A stretch of 64,000 nt of DNA from Armatimonadia bacterium (GTDB taxonomy: Bacteria; Armatimonadota; Zipacnadia; Zipacnadales; JABUFB01). Location of the stretch: NCBI GenBank assembly GCA_039679385.1, contig JBDKVB010000017.1:5399-69398 (forward strand), given 5' to 3'. The notes under the pieces were generated by a model. The model was given only the letters and a program-made list of their open reading frames with translations. It had not been told where the DNA came from and did not search any database. The first letter of the stretch is position 1, and every line of letters begins with the position of its first letter. The translations under genes and the position numbers were made by a program. Below are positions 1-9,465 of the stretch, piece after piece.

Positions 1-2
1 CC

Positions 3-2120
3 TCCCTCAAGCAGAGCCAGACGCTGACCTCGCTGACCTACACGTGCCGGGGTCCCGATCTGCCGGTGGAGGTCACCTATTCCTTCCATGCGCCCTTCTA
101 CCCGCAGGACCTGAAGCTGTGCGTCGCCCCGTACCTGCTGCTGGATGTGACCGTGCGCAACCTCACCTCGGCCGAGCGCAAAGGGACCGTTGTGGTCGGC
201 CAGTCCCTGCGCGGCACCGACACGGCCCAGGCGGCCCGGGGCAAGGGCTGCTTCGGCGTGCAGTACAACCTGCCGATCTTCCAGAAGCTCACGCAGCAGG
301 CCTGGCTGGTTGACCAGAAGGCTTCCGACGGGGTGACCGCTCACGTGGGGACCCTGGGGATCCCGGCCGGCGGCAAAGTGCAGAGCGCTGCAACGACGAC
401 CGACGCCGATGGTCGCACACAGCTCGCCTCGACCTGGGCCGACTCCGCCAGCGGCCTAACCTGGGACTTCACGGTGGCTCCCCAGGCCTCGTCGACGCGC
501 ACTTTCGCCTATGTGGGCTGGATGGGCGGGCAGATTCTTGAGGTCAAGGGCGTGCCGTACCACTTCAAGTACGCCGACCTGTTCACGGACCTGTTCGACG
601 TCGCCCGCTATGGCTTCGACCAGAGAGCGGAGATCGACCGGAAGGTCGCGCTCTTCGAGAGCACCGTTGCGGACTCCTCAGCCCCGAAGGCCCTGCGCGA
701 GTTTCTGGCCTTCAGCTTCCAGAGCTGGGTGCAGAACACGTTCTACTGCGCCGACCCGGAAGGCAAGGACTGGTTCAGTGTCTGGGAAGGCTGCTGCAAG
801 TTCCACTCGACGGTGGACGTGGAGTACAACGTCGCGCCGCTGTACTTCGACTACTGGCCGCAGTTGATGAAGCTGACCTTGCAGGAGTGGACGGGCTACA
901 TCCACGAGGGCATCCTGTCGCATGACATGGGGATGGGGCTCCAGGCCAACGGCATGAAGTACGGGCATGACATGGAGGTGGAGGAGAACACCAACTTCGT
1001 GCTGCTGCTGCACCAGTACTGGCGGCAGACCGGTGATACAGCGGCGCTCGAGGAGTTGTTCCCGGCGGCGCAGACGCTGCTGGATCACGTGACGGCCTGC
1101 GATACCGACGGCGACGGTTTCCACGAACTGGGGACCTACAACACCATCGACCAGGGCTCGGCAGCCGTCCAGTATGCGCAGAATCAGACCTATCTGGCGA
1201 TGCGGGCGCTGTGTGCCTATGTGTGCGGAGCGCAGATGGCGGAGAAGCTCGGCCAGACCGCCAAGGCGCAAGAGTGGGCACAGAAGGCCCAGGTCACGGC
1301 CAAGACTCTGAATGAACAGGCCTGGCAGGACGACCACTTTGTAGTGACCCTCAACAAGCAGCCACAGACTCAGGAGATCGCTGCCGCTACCGCGCCGGGG
1401 GGCAATGGCGACCCGGACTACGGCGGGCTGATGGAGGGCGAGTACAACGGCAACGGTGGCGGCTACCGGGGGAACAACGGACAGTACAACGGCGGCTACT
1501 CACAGTCCTATGCGCCGAAGCCGGTGCAGGGCTGGGACGGCTACTCGATCTACACCAGCAACGGGATGCTGTACCCGATGCGGGTCGGGCTGCAGGTGCC
1601 GGGGCTCGATCTGAATCGCCTGCGGACCGATCTCACCCGTGCAACCCTGGAGACCCTGAAGCGCTACGGGAGCCCGCACACTGACCGCGAGAACAACATG
1701 TGGGTGTCGCAGAACCTGTGGCGGGACATGGCGGCTGCCTATCTCGGCATGGACCTGTCGGATACCGTCCAGGGCTACTGGGACCTGGAGAAGTACATCA
1801 ACCGGGCGAAGCGGGGCTGCTTCACGGATGTGTATGTGTATGGCAATGACAGCATCTCGCTCGACTACTACCCCCGGGGAGTGGCGGCCTTCGGGTTGCT
1901 GCCTGCCCTGGCGGGGCTGCAGGTGGACAAGGTATCCGGCCTGGTGTCCGTGGCGCCGGTGCGCACGCCGCTGCGAGTGCCCCTTCTGACCTACGCCGAC
2001 TGGGCGGCGGAGAAGGTGCCCTGGCTGACCCTCGTGCCGAAGGACGGTCAGACGCAGGTGAGCGTCGACGGCCAGGTTCCGGTGCCGGTGAAGCTTCGTG
2101 AAGCCGGCAAGCCCTGGTAG
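3..2120 (+). CDS. Glutaminase A-like / six-hairpin glycosidase-like protein (DUF4965/DUF5127-type), 5' partial
   Basis: Frame is open from base 3 (SLKQSQTLTSLTYT...), so the start lies upstream of the window. Motifs WEGCCKFHSTVDVEYN, HDMG, MEVEENTNF and NTIDQG resemble the GtaA-like (alpha/alpha)6 family. Ends at TAG 2118-2120. Confidence 0.65.
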   Translation, partial: SLKQSQTLTSLTYTCRGPDLPVEVTYSFHAPFYPQDLKLCVAPYLLLDVTVRNLTSAERKGTVVVGQSLRGTDTAQAARGKGCFGVQYNLPIFQKLTQQAWLVDQKASDGVTAHVGTLGIPAGGKVQSAATTTDADGRTQLASTWADSASGLTWDFTVAPQASSTRTFAYVGWMGGQILEVKGVPYHFKYADLFTDLFDVARYGFDQRAEIDRKVALFESTVADSSAPKALREFLAFSFQSWVQNTFYCADPEGKDWFSVWEGCCKFHSTVDVEYNVAPLYFDYWPQLMKLTLQEWTGYIHEGILSHDMGMGLQANGMKYGHDMEVEENTNFVLLLHQYWRQTGDTAALEELFPAAQTLLDHVTACDTDGDGFHELGTYNTIDQGSAAVQYAQNQTYLAMRALCAYVCGAQMAEKLGQTAKAQEWAQKAQVTAKTLNEQAWQDDHFVVTLNKQPQTQEIAAATAPGGNGDPDYGGLMEGEYNGNGGGYRGNNGQYNGGYSQSYAPKPVQGWDGYSIYTSNGMLYPMRVGLQVPGLDLNRLRTDLTRATLETLKRYGSPHTDRENNMWVSQNLWRDMAAAYLGMDLSDTVQGYWDLEKYINRAKRGCFTDVYVYGNDSISLDYYPRGVAAFGLLPALAGLQVDKVSGLVSVAPVRTPLRVPLLTYADWAAEKVPWLTLVPKDGQTQVSVDGQVPVPVKLREAGKPW

Positions 2121-2145
2121 CAGGCCGGTCGGCAAGGAGACCCTT

Positions 2146-2180
2146 GAGCGCCCCTTCTTGACGGAGGGGCGCTTTGCTTT
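2146..2180 (+). terminator. Intrinsic terminator
   Basis: GAGCGCCCCTTC-ttgac-GGAGGGGCGCTT hairpin followed by TGCTTT, 26 nt after the stop codon. Confidence 0.75.
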
Positions 2181-2279
2181 GGGACGCCAAGAAAGATACA
2201 TGGCGGCGCCAAGGACTCGCAAAGCATCAATAAGAGAGGCTTGCAGGCGTCAACACCCCACCTGTGGAGGAGAGCCTGC

Positions 2280-2906
2280 ATGCCTAGTGAGACCTACCGT
2301 CAGGACATGATCGACCGTGTCGTCGCCCACGCCCTTGCTGCCGTGAAGGCCAGCCAGGACGGGAAGACGCACCTCGTGCTCGGAGATGGGATGACATCTC
2401 AGCGTCTGAGTCTGCGCGAGGGAGGCTACTGCGCCCGGTTTGTGCGGCAGGTGTATGAGACCGGCTGCGAGTTCGGCGAGGGACGCTGGCGCTATGCCGC
2501 CGGGACTGCGCTGGAGATGTGCAAGAAACTCGCCGACGACAAGCACGAGGTGGCCGACGGCTCGCTGACGCCGGGGGACATCGTCGGCATCAACCGCAAC
2601 TGCGGCGCCTATGGTCACGTGGCGCTGTACGTGGGCAAGATCCAGGGCAAGGACATGATCGCTGAGAACACCAGCAGCGGCACTCGCGGGAACCCTCGCC
2701 GCGCTGGGACGAAGCTGACACCCTTCGAGGAGTTGCGGCCGCGGATCACCGGGGTCTACCGGCTGCTCACGGGAGTAAAGGCGGCACACTGGCCGGGATT
2801 CCGCGCCTTCCTGTACTCGGGGAAGCAGTGCCAGGAGATCGAGCTCATGCCCAACGGCGACCACCGTCTCGACCAGGGGAAGACCTACTGGCGGCTGCGC
2901 CAGTAG
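2280..2906 (+). CDS. CHAP/NlpC-P60-type cysteine peptidoglycan hydrolase-like protein
   Basis: GGAGG RBS at 2266-2270 and ATG at 2280. Catalytic-type motifs GYCARFVRQVYE (Cys), PGDIV and YGHVALYVG (His). Confidence 0.65.
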   Translation: MPSETYRQDMIDRVVAHALAAVKASQDGKTHLVLGDGMTSQRLSLREGGYCARFVRQVYETGCEFGEGRWRYAAGTALEMCKKLADDKHEVADGSLTPGDIVGINRNCGAYGHVALYVGKIQGKDMIAENTSSGTRGNPRRAGTKLTPFEELRPRITGVYRLLTGVKAAHWPGFRAFLYSGKQCQEIELMPNGDHRLDQGKTYWRLRQ

Positions 2907-2952
2907 GAGCCGGAGAAGTGTCCGGCTCCCGAAGACCGGGCAGAGGAACTGC

Positions 2953-2997
2953 GAGGGCCGAAGGGGCCACCCCAGGGTGGTGACTCCTTCGGCCCTC
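2953..2997. terminator. Hairpin between convergent genes (probable bidirectional terminator)
   Basis: GAGGGCCGAAGGGG...TCCTTCGGCCCTC long stem between the stops at 2906 (+) and 3021 (-). Confidence 0.6.
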
Positions 2998-3020
2998 TGG
3001 TTAGCCCAAGAAGGGTCAGG

Positions 3021-4643
3021 TCAGGCTCCGAGAACGGTTCCGACTCCGGGATGGCGATTGGCGCTGCCGTCGATGGTGACGACGCCGTTCACCAGCACGT
3101 AACGAATCCCCAGCGGGTACCGATGCGGGTCCTGGTAGGTCGCGGTGTCCAGCAGCGACTGGGGATCGAAGACCACGAGGTCGGCCTTCATCCCCTCGCG
3201 GATCAGCCCGCGGTCGGTGAGTCCGAGACGAGAGGCGGGGAGACTCGTACACTTGCGCACGGCCTCCGAGATCGTCATGAGGCCTTCGTCCCGAGCGTAT
3301 CGGCCGATCACTCGCGGGAAGGTGCCATAGGCGCGGGGATGTGGCTTGCCGCGTGACAGCGGGCCGTAGGGTGCGAAGACCAGGCTATCGGTGCCGACGC
3401 AGCCCAGGGGATGCTTCAGACAGGTGCGCATGACCTCTTCGCTTTGCGAGAACTGCACGATGCTCACATGGCCGTTCTCGGCAACCAGCAGGTCGAAGGA
3501 GACGTCGAGCGGATCGGCGTCCTTCTCCTGAGCGATCTGGGTGAGTGACTTGCCGACCGTCCACTGGTTCTCGGGTGTCGCGACCTCGGTGATGACCAGA
3601 CCGTCGAAGTCCATCTGGAAGATCCCGGGGTCGTCGCTGCCGGCCTTCCACTCCTCCAGCTCGTCGCGGAGTCGCTGACGGCAGTCAGGGTCCTGCAGTC
3701 GGGCCATGACAGCCTCGTTGCCGCCGTCATGCACCCAGGCGGGCAAGGACCCGGAGAGGTGTCGGCTGCCCGCGGTGTAGGGGTAGACATCGAAGCCGAC
3801 ATCGATCCCCTCCTGATGGGCGGCCTCGACGACTTCCATCGCCGGAGGCAGGTTGCCCCACCAGCGCTTGCCGGAAGCCTTGAAGTGGTCGATCTGCAGG
3901 CGCAGCGGGGCTAGGGAGCTGACACGCCGAGCGATACCGATCATCGCCTCGACACTCTCGACCAGCTTGGAGCCCTCGCTGCGCAGGTGTACGGTGAAGA
4001 GCTTGCCCTTCCGTGCGGCGACCTCGGCGAGGGCTTCGACCTCATCGTCGGCGGCGAAGCTGCCCAGTGGATAGGCAAGCCCGACGGAGATGCCAAGGGC
4101 GCCTTCATCGAGGGCCTCTGCACCTACTGCGGCAATCCCGGCGATCTCCTTCGGCGTGGCAGGCCGGTTGTCGAAACCCATCACCCAGGCGCGTAGAGCG
4201 CTGTGACCGACTAGCTGGCCGACGCTGATGCTCGGACGGGCGGTAGCCACTCGGGACAGGTACTCGGAGGTGCGCAGCCAGGTCCAGGCCGGCTTCTCAG
4301 TGATGAAGGGGCACAGGGCATCGAGTTCGTCCTGCCGGCCCGCGCGCACCGGGAAGGGGGTGAACCCGCACTGGCCATTGACCTCCAGCGTCACTCCCTG
4401 CCGGACCTTGCTCTCCGCCGCCGGGTTCACAAGAATCGTGAAGTCCGAGTGGCTGTGTAGGTCGATGAAGCCGGGACTGACTGCGAGCCCCGGAGCCTCG
4501 AGAGTCTGAGTGGCCGAGGCCTGCGGGAGCGTGCCCACGGCTTTGATGGTGTCGCCGACGATCCCCACATCGCCGGTCCGCGGCGGAGCGCCGGTGCCGT
4601 CGAGAATCTGCGCCCCGCGGACCAGAACGTCGAACTGTGGCAT
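3021..4643 (-). CDS. N-acyl-D-amino-acid deacylase (D-aminoacylase), amidohydrolase family
   Basis: PGFIDLHSHSD, GQCG, VHLRSE, DHFK, DVYPYTAGS, GTDS, HPRAYGTFPR and GMKADLVVFDP motifs; 540 aa. Confidence 0.9.
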   Translation of the reverse strand: MPQFDVLVRGAQILDGTGAPPRTGDVGIVGDTIKAVGTLPQASATQTLEAPGLAVSPGFIDLHSHSDFTILVNPAAESKVRQGVTLEVNGQCGFTPFPVRAGRQDELDALCPFITEKPAWTWLRTSEYLSRVATARPSISVGQLVGHSALRAWVMGFDNRPATPKEIAGIAAVGAEALDEGALGISVGLAYPLGSFAADDEVEALAEVAARKGKLFTVHLRSEGSKLVESVEAMIGIARRVSSLAPLRLQIDHFKASGKRWWGNLPPAMEVVEAAHQEGIDVGFDVYPYTAGSRHLSGSLPAWVHDGGNEAVMARLQDPDCRQRLRDELEEWKAGSDDPGIFQMDFDGLVITEVATPENQWTVGKSLTQIAQEKDADPLDVSFDLLVAENGHVSIVQFSQSEEVMRTCLKHPLGCVGTDSLVFAPYGPLSRGKPHPRAYGTFPRVIGRYARDEGLMTISEAVRKCTSLPASRLGLTDRGLIREGMKADLVVFDPQSLLDTATYQDPHRYPLGIRYVLVNGVVTIDGSANRHPGVGTVLGA

Positions 4644-5338
4644 TACTTATCCCCTGATTCCTCGCGGCTCCTGAAGGCTCGAATGACGATATCGGCCGCC
4701 TGCTCAATGGTGAAGTGCTCGGTGTTGATGACAAGGTCATAGCCCATCGGGTTGGAGGGATCGCAGCCGAAGCGCCCCCGGACGAACTGGTAGCGTTCGT
4801 GGTCGCTCTCGAGCACCTTCCGCCGGGCGGTCTTCAGGTCCATATCGTGCAACTCGGCGATACGGGCTACCCGCAGGGCCTCCGGGGCAAGGATGCGCAC
4901 GCGGAAGGAGTCCTGCAGGATGCAGGTAGCAGCTCGGCCCACGATCACAGCCTTCCCCTGCTTGGAGATCTGCTTCATCACCTTGACCAGTGTGCGCAGA
5001 TAGGTGGTCTCCGTAGGTCTGTGGCCCTCAAGCAGTTGCAGCAAGAGATTGCTGACGACGTCGGGGCTGTGCTCATCATGCTGCCGAACGTGGGCCACGT
5101 CGATTCCGGCCGTCTCGGCCACGTGGTCGATGAGCTCCTTGTCGTAGAACCTGAAGTCGAGTTCCCGGGCCACCAGACTGGCCACGTTGGTGCCGCCACT
5201 TCCCCACTGGCGCGAGATGGTGATCACATCGCGCCCGGCGCCATGGATGACAGTATCTCTTTCGAACCGCTGGTGCAGCCTTTGGTCAATCTCCCAGCGC
5301 CGCATCTGTCTGCCGACCAAGTGCTCATGGACTTCCAC
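4643..5338 (-). CDS. Cytidylate kinase-like family protein (Cytidylate_kin2)
   Basis: ITISRQWGSGG P-loop variant, VIVGRAA, YDLVINT. Its stop overlaps the next start (TAATG). Confidence 0.85.
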   Translation of the reverse strand: MEVHEHLVGRQMRRWEIDQRLHQRFERDTVIHGAGRDVITISRQWGSGGTNVASLVARELDFRFYDKELIDHVAETAGIDVAHVRQHDEHSPDVVSNLLLQLLEGHRPTETTYLRTLVKVMKQISKQGKAVIVGRAATCILQDSFRVRILAPEALRVARIAELHDMDLKTARRKVLESDHERYQFVRGRFGCDPSNPMGYDLVINTEHFTIEQAADIVIRAFRSREESGDK

Positions 5339-5454
5339 CGTCGGTCACCTTCTTTCCCTGGGCTGACCGCTGGACGAAGCCTCACTTCAAGGGTCTGGGG
5401 CTCTGTAAGTGCAACCAGTTGCGAGTCGAGTTTACCCGGAATCTGCGGCGGTAC

Positions 5455-6312
5455 CTACCAGGCAGTCCAGCCTCCTTCGAGCGGGAGGTTCGCCCCGGTG
5501 ACGTACGCCGAGGCCTCCGACGCCAGGAACAGTGCGACGCCCTTGATGTCCTCTTCCCCGGCCATGCGCCCCAGGGGCGTGCGCCGGCAGTAGTTGTCCA
5601 CGAACTCCTGGGGCTGGTTGCTGAAGTATCCGCCGGGGCTGATTGCGTTCACGCGAACTCCGCGGGGAGCATAGAAGGCGGCCAGGTAGCGAGTGAGGTT
5701 GATCAGGCCTCCCTTGGCAAAGGCGTACTCGGCTGGATTCTTCATGCCCGTGCTGCCGTAGACGTCGAACTGTGGGCCGACCATTCCGTAGATAGAAGCG
5801 ATGTTGATGATGCTTCCGGTTCCCCGGGGGCCAATCTGACCGCCGGCGCCGACGGTGCCCTCAGGACGCGAGACAGCGATGACCTCGCCCAGGAGGCGAG
5901 TGGCTAGCAAGATCCCGGTGGAGTTGACTTTGAGGGTCTCCTCCCACTGCGCGGCACTGACGGTCGAGAAGTCGCCGCCGGTGGAGCGTGCGACCGCGTT
6001 GTTGACCAGAACGTCGAGACGGCCGTAGTCGGCCATCAGATGGTCGGCGAGGGCTTTGACTGATTCCTCGTCGGCGATGTCCACCTGCGCTGCGACCCCA
6101 TCAAGGTTCTGGGCCCGAAGCTCGGCCGCCTTCTGTTCGCAGGTGTCGAGGCTGCGGGAGGCGATGACGACCTTCGCCCCGGCCTCAGCGAGGGCGGTGC
6201 TGATGCCCGATCCGTACATTCCGGCGCCGCCGGTGACGACGGCGACTCGGCCCTCCAGAGAGTAAAGCTCGCCCACTTTGCGGGGCGCCCCGAAACTGTG
6301 TCGACTGTCCAT
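5455..6312 (-). CDS. Short-chain dehydrogenase/reductase
   Basis: AAAGGAG RBS then ATG at 6312. TGGAGMYG, NNA, S...YAFAKGG catalytic motif and VRVNAISPGG. Confidence 0.9.
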   Translation of the reverse strand: MDSRHSFGAPRKVGELYSLEGRVAVVTGGAGMYGSGISTALAEAGAKVVIASRSLDTCEQKAAELRAQNLDGVAAQVDIADEESVKALADHLMADYGRLDVLVNNAVARSTGGDFSTVSAAQWEETLKVNSTGILLATRLLGEVIAVSRPEGTVGAGGQIGPRGTGSIINIASIYGMVGPQFDVYGSTGMKNPAEYAFAKGGLINLTRYLAAFYAPRGVRVNAISPGGYFSNQPQEFVDNYCRRTPLGRMAGEEDIKGVALFLASEASAYVTGANLPLEGGWTAW

Positions 6313-6584
6313 TGCGGCGGCTCCTTTGACTGCCCGGCAGTGCTCGGGCTGCGGGTTTCTGCAGTCCGCCCTACGCACTGAGGGTCTGTCCATCGGTATC
6401 CTCAGTGCCGAGGGCACCTTTCGTCATCAGGTGGCAGCCATCCTGCCTCAAGGCCGGGACAGGTACTGTTCTGGCTGGATGCGGAAGATTGCCCGGATAC
6501 AGGAAGGACCCAGGCGCCTGGACGCCGAAACGTCCTCTGCAAATCGCTGTGTGGCACAGGGACCCGTACCAGGAGGTTGATCTC

Positions 6585-7892
6585 GTGTCGACGGACGTCT
6601 ATCCCAGTGAGATGGAGAACCTGCTTCAGAACGTTGAGCCCCAGACGCGGTCTGTGTGGCTCATGGAACGGGCAGGTGAGAGGTTAGGTCTTCCCACCCA
6701 CGAGATCCACGAGTTGGTCGCCCCGCAGCAGGTGACGGCCTTCCGGATCCCGTGCAAGATACTCGGGAAGGTCGTGAACTTCTGGGGCTGCCTGTCGCTA
6801 CACAACTCGGCGCGTGGTCCCTTCAAGGGCGGGATTCGTCTCGCCTCGGACGTGACCATCTGGGAGACGATTGAGCTCTCTCGGCTGATGACACTCAAGT
6901 GCGCCGTGTGTGACGTGGAGTTCGGCGGCGGCAAGACGGGCATCCGGGTCGACATGGCCCAGATGTACGAGCTCTTCGGCCGCAAGCCGCGCGACCTGGC
7001 CTTTGAGAAGATCATCTCGCTGGACGCCGTGGAGTACTACGCGCAGCACTTCCGCGATGTCTTCAGCAGGCACACCTACATCCCTGCCCCCGACATGGGC
7101 ACCGGGCCGGATGAGATGGCCTTCATCTACAACGAGACCCAGGACCCGGCGTCGGTCACGGGCAAGGGTGACGGAGTACAGGGTTGGCTGCCGGGTCGTA
7201 AGGAGAGCACGGGGATCGGCTGCTCCTATGTGACTTTGCGGATGCTGCAGGAGGGGCTCGGCATCGATCCTGCCGGGGCGTCGGTGGCGATCCAGGGCTT
7301 CGGCAACGTTGGCCGCCCACTGGCCGTCGACCTGGCAGCCCACGGGTGCCGCATCGTGGCGATCACGGACCTGTATGGCGGCGTCTATAACTCTGACGGT
7401 CTCGACATCGATGGGCTGCTGGAGCATTTCGGTAAGGAGGCCACGGTCGGGGGCTTTGCCGGAGGTCAGCCGATGGAGGGCAAGAGTCTGTTCCGTGTCG
7501 AGGCGGATGCGGTGATTCCGGCGGCAGCAGGCGGCGTCATCAACCAGGAGGTTGCCTCTGAGCTGGCGGCGCGGTGCGTGGTGGAAGCCGCCAACATGCC
7601 CACGACTGTGCAGGGCATGCAGGTGCTCGAGGAGCGCAAGATTCCGGTCGTGCCGGATATCCTGGCCAACGCCGGCGGCGTGATCGCGTCGATGCTCGAG
7701 TACTCGAGCTCGCTGTCGGCGATCAAGCCGAGCCGGGAGGGCGTATATCAGGTGGTGCGGGAGAAGATCGGCGAGAACTTCGACCTGGCGTCGGAACGGT
7801 GCCGGAGCGAACAGGTGAGTCTGACACAGGCTGCGGTGGAAATCGCCGTAGAACGGGTATACAAGGTAATGAAGGGACGGCGAATGCTCTAG
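6585..7892 (+). CDS. Glu/Leu/Phe/Val dehydrogenase
   Basis: AGGAGG RBS at 6571-6576 and GTG at 6585. GPFKGGIR, MTLK, GGGKTGI, PAPDMGT, VTGK, QGFGNVG, EAAN and PDILANAGGV motifs. Confidence 0.9.
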   Translation: MSTDVYPSEMENLLQNVEPQTRSVWLMERAGERLGLPTHEIHELVAPQQVTAFRIPCKILGKVVNFWGCLSLHNSARGPFKGGIRLASDVTIWETIELSRLMTLKCAVCDVEFGGGKTGIRVDMAQMYELFGRKPRDLAFEKIISLDAVEYYAQHFRDVFSRHTYIPAPDMGTGPDEMAFIYNETQDPASVTGKGDGVQGWLPGRKESTGIGCSYVTLRMLQEGLGIDPAGASVAIQGFGNVGRPLAVDLAAHGCRIVAITDLYGGVYNSDGLDIDGLLEHFGKEATVGGFAGGQPMEGKSLFRVEADAVIPAAAGGVINQEVASELAARCVVEAANMPTTVQGMQVLEERKIPVVPDILANAGGVIASMLEYSSSLSAIKPSREGVYQVVREKIGENFDLASERCRSEQVSLTQAAVEIAVERVYKVMKGRRML

Positions 7893-8058
7893 CCGGGCGT
7901 TTTGGCCTGAGAGGGCCTGGCTCGGAGCGAGTTCCCCGGCCTTGCAGCAAGGTCAGTGGCGGCAGGGCGCGGAATAGGTCTGGTGCAGAGCCGCCGGGAC
8001 GCCTGGCCGGGGCGTATGTTACCGGCTTGTGGAAGCCGTTTGCAGGGCGGAGGCATGC

Positions 8059-8087
8059 TGGACAGTTGTGCCGAATACTGCTATTCT
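8059..8087 (+). promoter_or_regulatory. Putative sigma70-type promoter for the secreted-protein cluster
   Basis: TGGACA-N17-TATTCT with an extended -10 TG (TGcTATTCT), about 60 nt upstream of the TTG start at 8147. Confidence 0.45.
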
Positions 8088-8146
8088 AGCACATAGAACA
8101 AATGGCGGACGCATCGCTTGCGTACCCCACTTGGGAGGCGAGCCTC

Positions 8147-9223
8147 TTGCGGTGCCCACTTACCGGTACTGTGCTACTTCTGTGCGTAATTCTGAGCGTA
8201 GGTTACGCGCAGGAGGTCAAGGTCGAGTATTTCGCGGCGGACCCGGCAAAAGCGATTGACCTGAATGCTCCAGACCTCAAGAGCGAGATGCTCGATCTGG
8301 GCATTGTCATCGCGAATGTGTCGGACAATGCGGCGGTAATGGACCAGGTCCTGGCCCAGACCCGCGAGAAGCCGGTGAAAGCGGTCTGCTACGCGGTACG
8401 GATCACCAACCAGACCGGTAGCCCGATTCCGCTGAGCTACGACACCGTCAATCTTGCCTCGGGAACCTGGCAAGAGGTGGACGCTGACTTCACCAATCCC
8501 ACCTTCGACAAGGCGAGTCCGGTGACGGAGTGGGCCGGTGCGAAGTCTATCTTCGCCAAGGGCAAGACCCTTGCGGATGGCGCGACGGTGGACGGTGTGG
8601 TGTTCTACGAGCTGCCCAAGGAGACCGCGTCGACCGGCGGGATGCTGGGCGCTTCCATGGGCTCTGGGATGGACATGGGCGGCATGATGGCGGCAGCCCC
8701 GGCGCCGCAGGAGCCGCCACGCCGCATCCAGTACGTTGCGCCCGCGTCCCTGAAGGTCAAGGCTGCCGAGCCGCGTGAGGCACCGGATCTTCTGCAGGAC
8801 CTCGACCTGGAGTGGACGAGCGTTTCGTCGCTCAGCGCGCCTCCGGGTGGCAAGCCCCGGATCTTCCCGGGCATGGGCAATGTGGATGACAACACGCCCC
8901 TGCGCGTGGGGACGCCGGGTGCTCTGAAGGCCGCTCCGAAGAGCCCGGTTGAGGCCAGCGTGAACCTTGTGGGCGAGCAGCCGGCAGCCGGAATGGGTGG
9001 CATGCCTGGGATGTCGGGCATGGGCGGCAGCATGGACATGATGGGGATGCCCAGCGGAATGCCCGGGATGCCTGGAATGCCTGGTATGGGCGGCGGCATG
9101 CCGGGGATGCCCGGAGCGCCTGGTGGTCCGGAGATGGCGCCCGGTGCGCCGTCTATGCCTGGCGAGATCCCGGAAACAGGCGGAAAGCGTCCGCGTCGCC
9201 CAGGTGCGGGGCCGGAAGAATAG
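8147..9223 (+). CDS. Secreted hypothetical protein: Ig-like (DUF4352-like) domain plus Met/Gly/Pro-rich linker and tail
   Basis: GGAGG at 8134-8138 and TTG at 8147 (alternative ATG at 8102). Signal peptide ...LLLCVILSVGYA|QE. YAVRITNQTGSPI...TLADGATVDGVVFYELP resembles DUF4352/MPT63-like Ig folds. (GMP)n C-terminal tail. Confidence 0.75.
   Translation: MRCPLTGTVLLLCVILSVGYAQEVKVEYFAADPAKAIDLNAPDLKSEMLDLGIVIANVSDNAAVMDQVLAQTREKPVKAVCYAVRITNQTGSPIPLSYDTVNLASGTWQEVDADFTNPTFDKASPVTEWAGAKSIFAKGKTLADGATVDGVVFYELPKETASTGGMLGASMGSGMDMGGMMAAAPAPQEPPRRIQYVAPASLKVKAAEPREAPDLLQDLDLEWTSVSSLSAPPGGKPRIFPGMGNVDDNTPLRVGTPGALKAAPKSPVEASVNLVGEQPAAGMGGMPGMSGMGGSMDMMGMPSGMPGMPGMPGMGGGMPGMPGAPGGPEMAPGAPSMPGEIPETGGKRPRRPGAGPEE
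9056..9113 (+). repeat. Degenerate 9-bp coding tandem repeat (GGN ATG CCN = Gly-Met-Pro)
   Basis: GGAATGCCC GGGATGCCT GGAATGCCT GGTATG... The same unit recurs at 9541-9561 in the next gene. Confidence 0.8.
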
Positions 9224-9465
9224 CTAAAGGCGGGTCGCCGTTGAGGTGTGCCCACCGTGGGGCTCGAAGTAGCCCGCTGCCACAAGAAGAGTCGCAGGGA
9301 CCGCCAGCCTGGCAACGGGCTGGTGCCTGCGGTTGTAGCCTAGTGTGATGTTGCACGGACGGCACGAAGCTCCCGGTCGTGGCCGTCTGAAAGAGGTGTA
9401 CCGACGTTGCTCCCGCGGCCTCTGTCGCCGCGACCTCCGATGCAGAACGCAGGGAGAGCTGACCG

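Noticed and set aside
9224-9465. GC-rich hairpins in the 242-nt spacer as a possible riboswitch
   Set aside because: A stem is present (CGCAGG...CCAGCCT-ggcaac-GGGCTGG...CCTGCG), but I recognise no conserved riboswitch motif; an Rfam scan would be needed.
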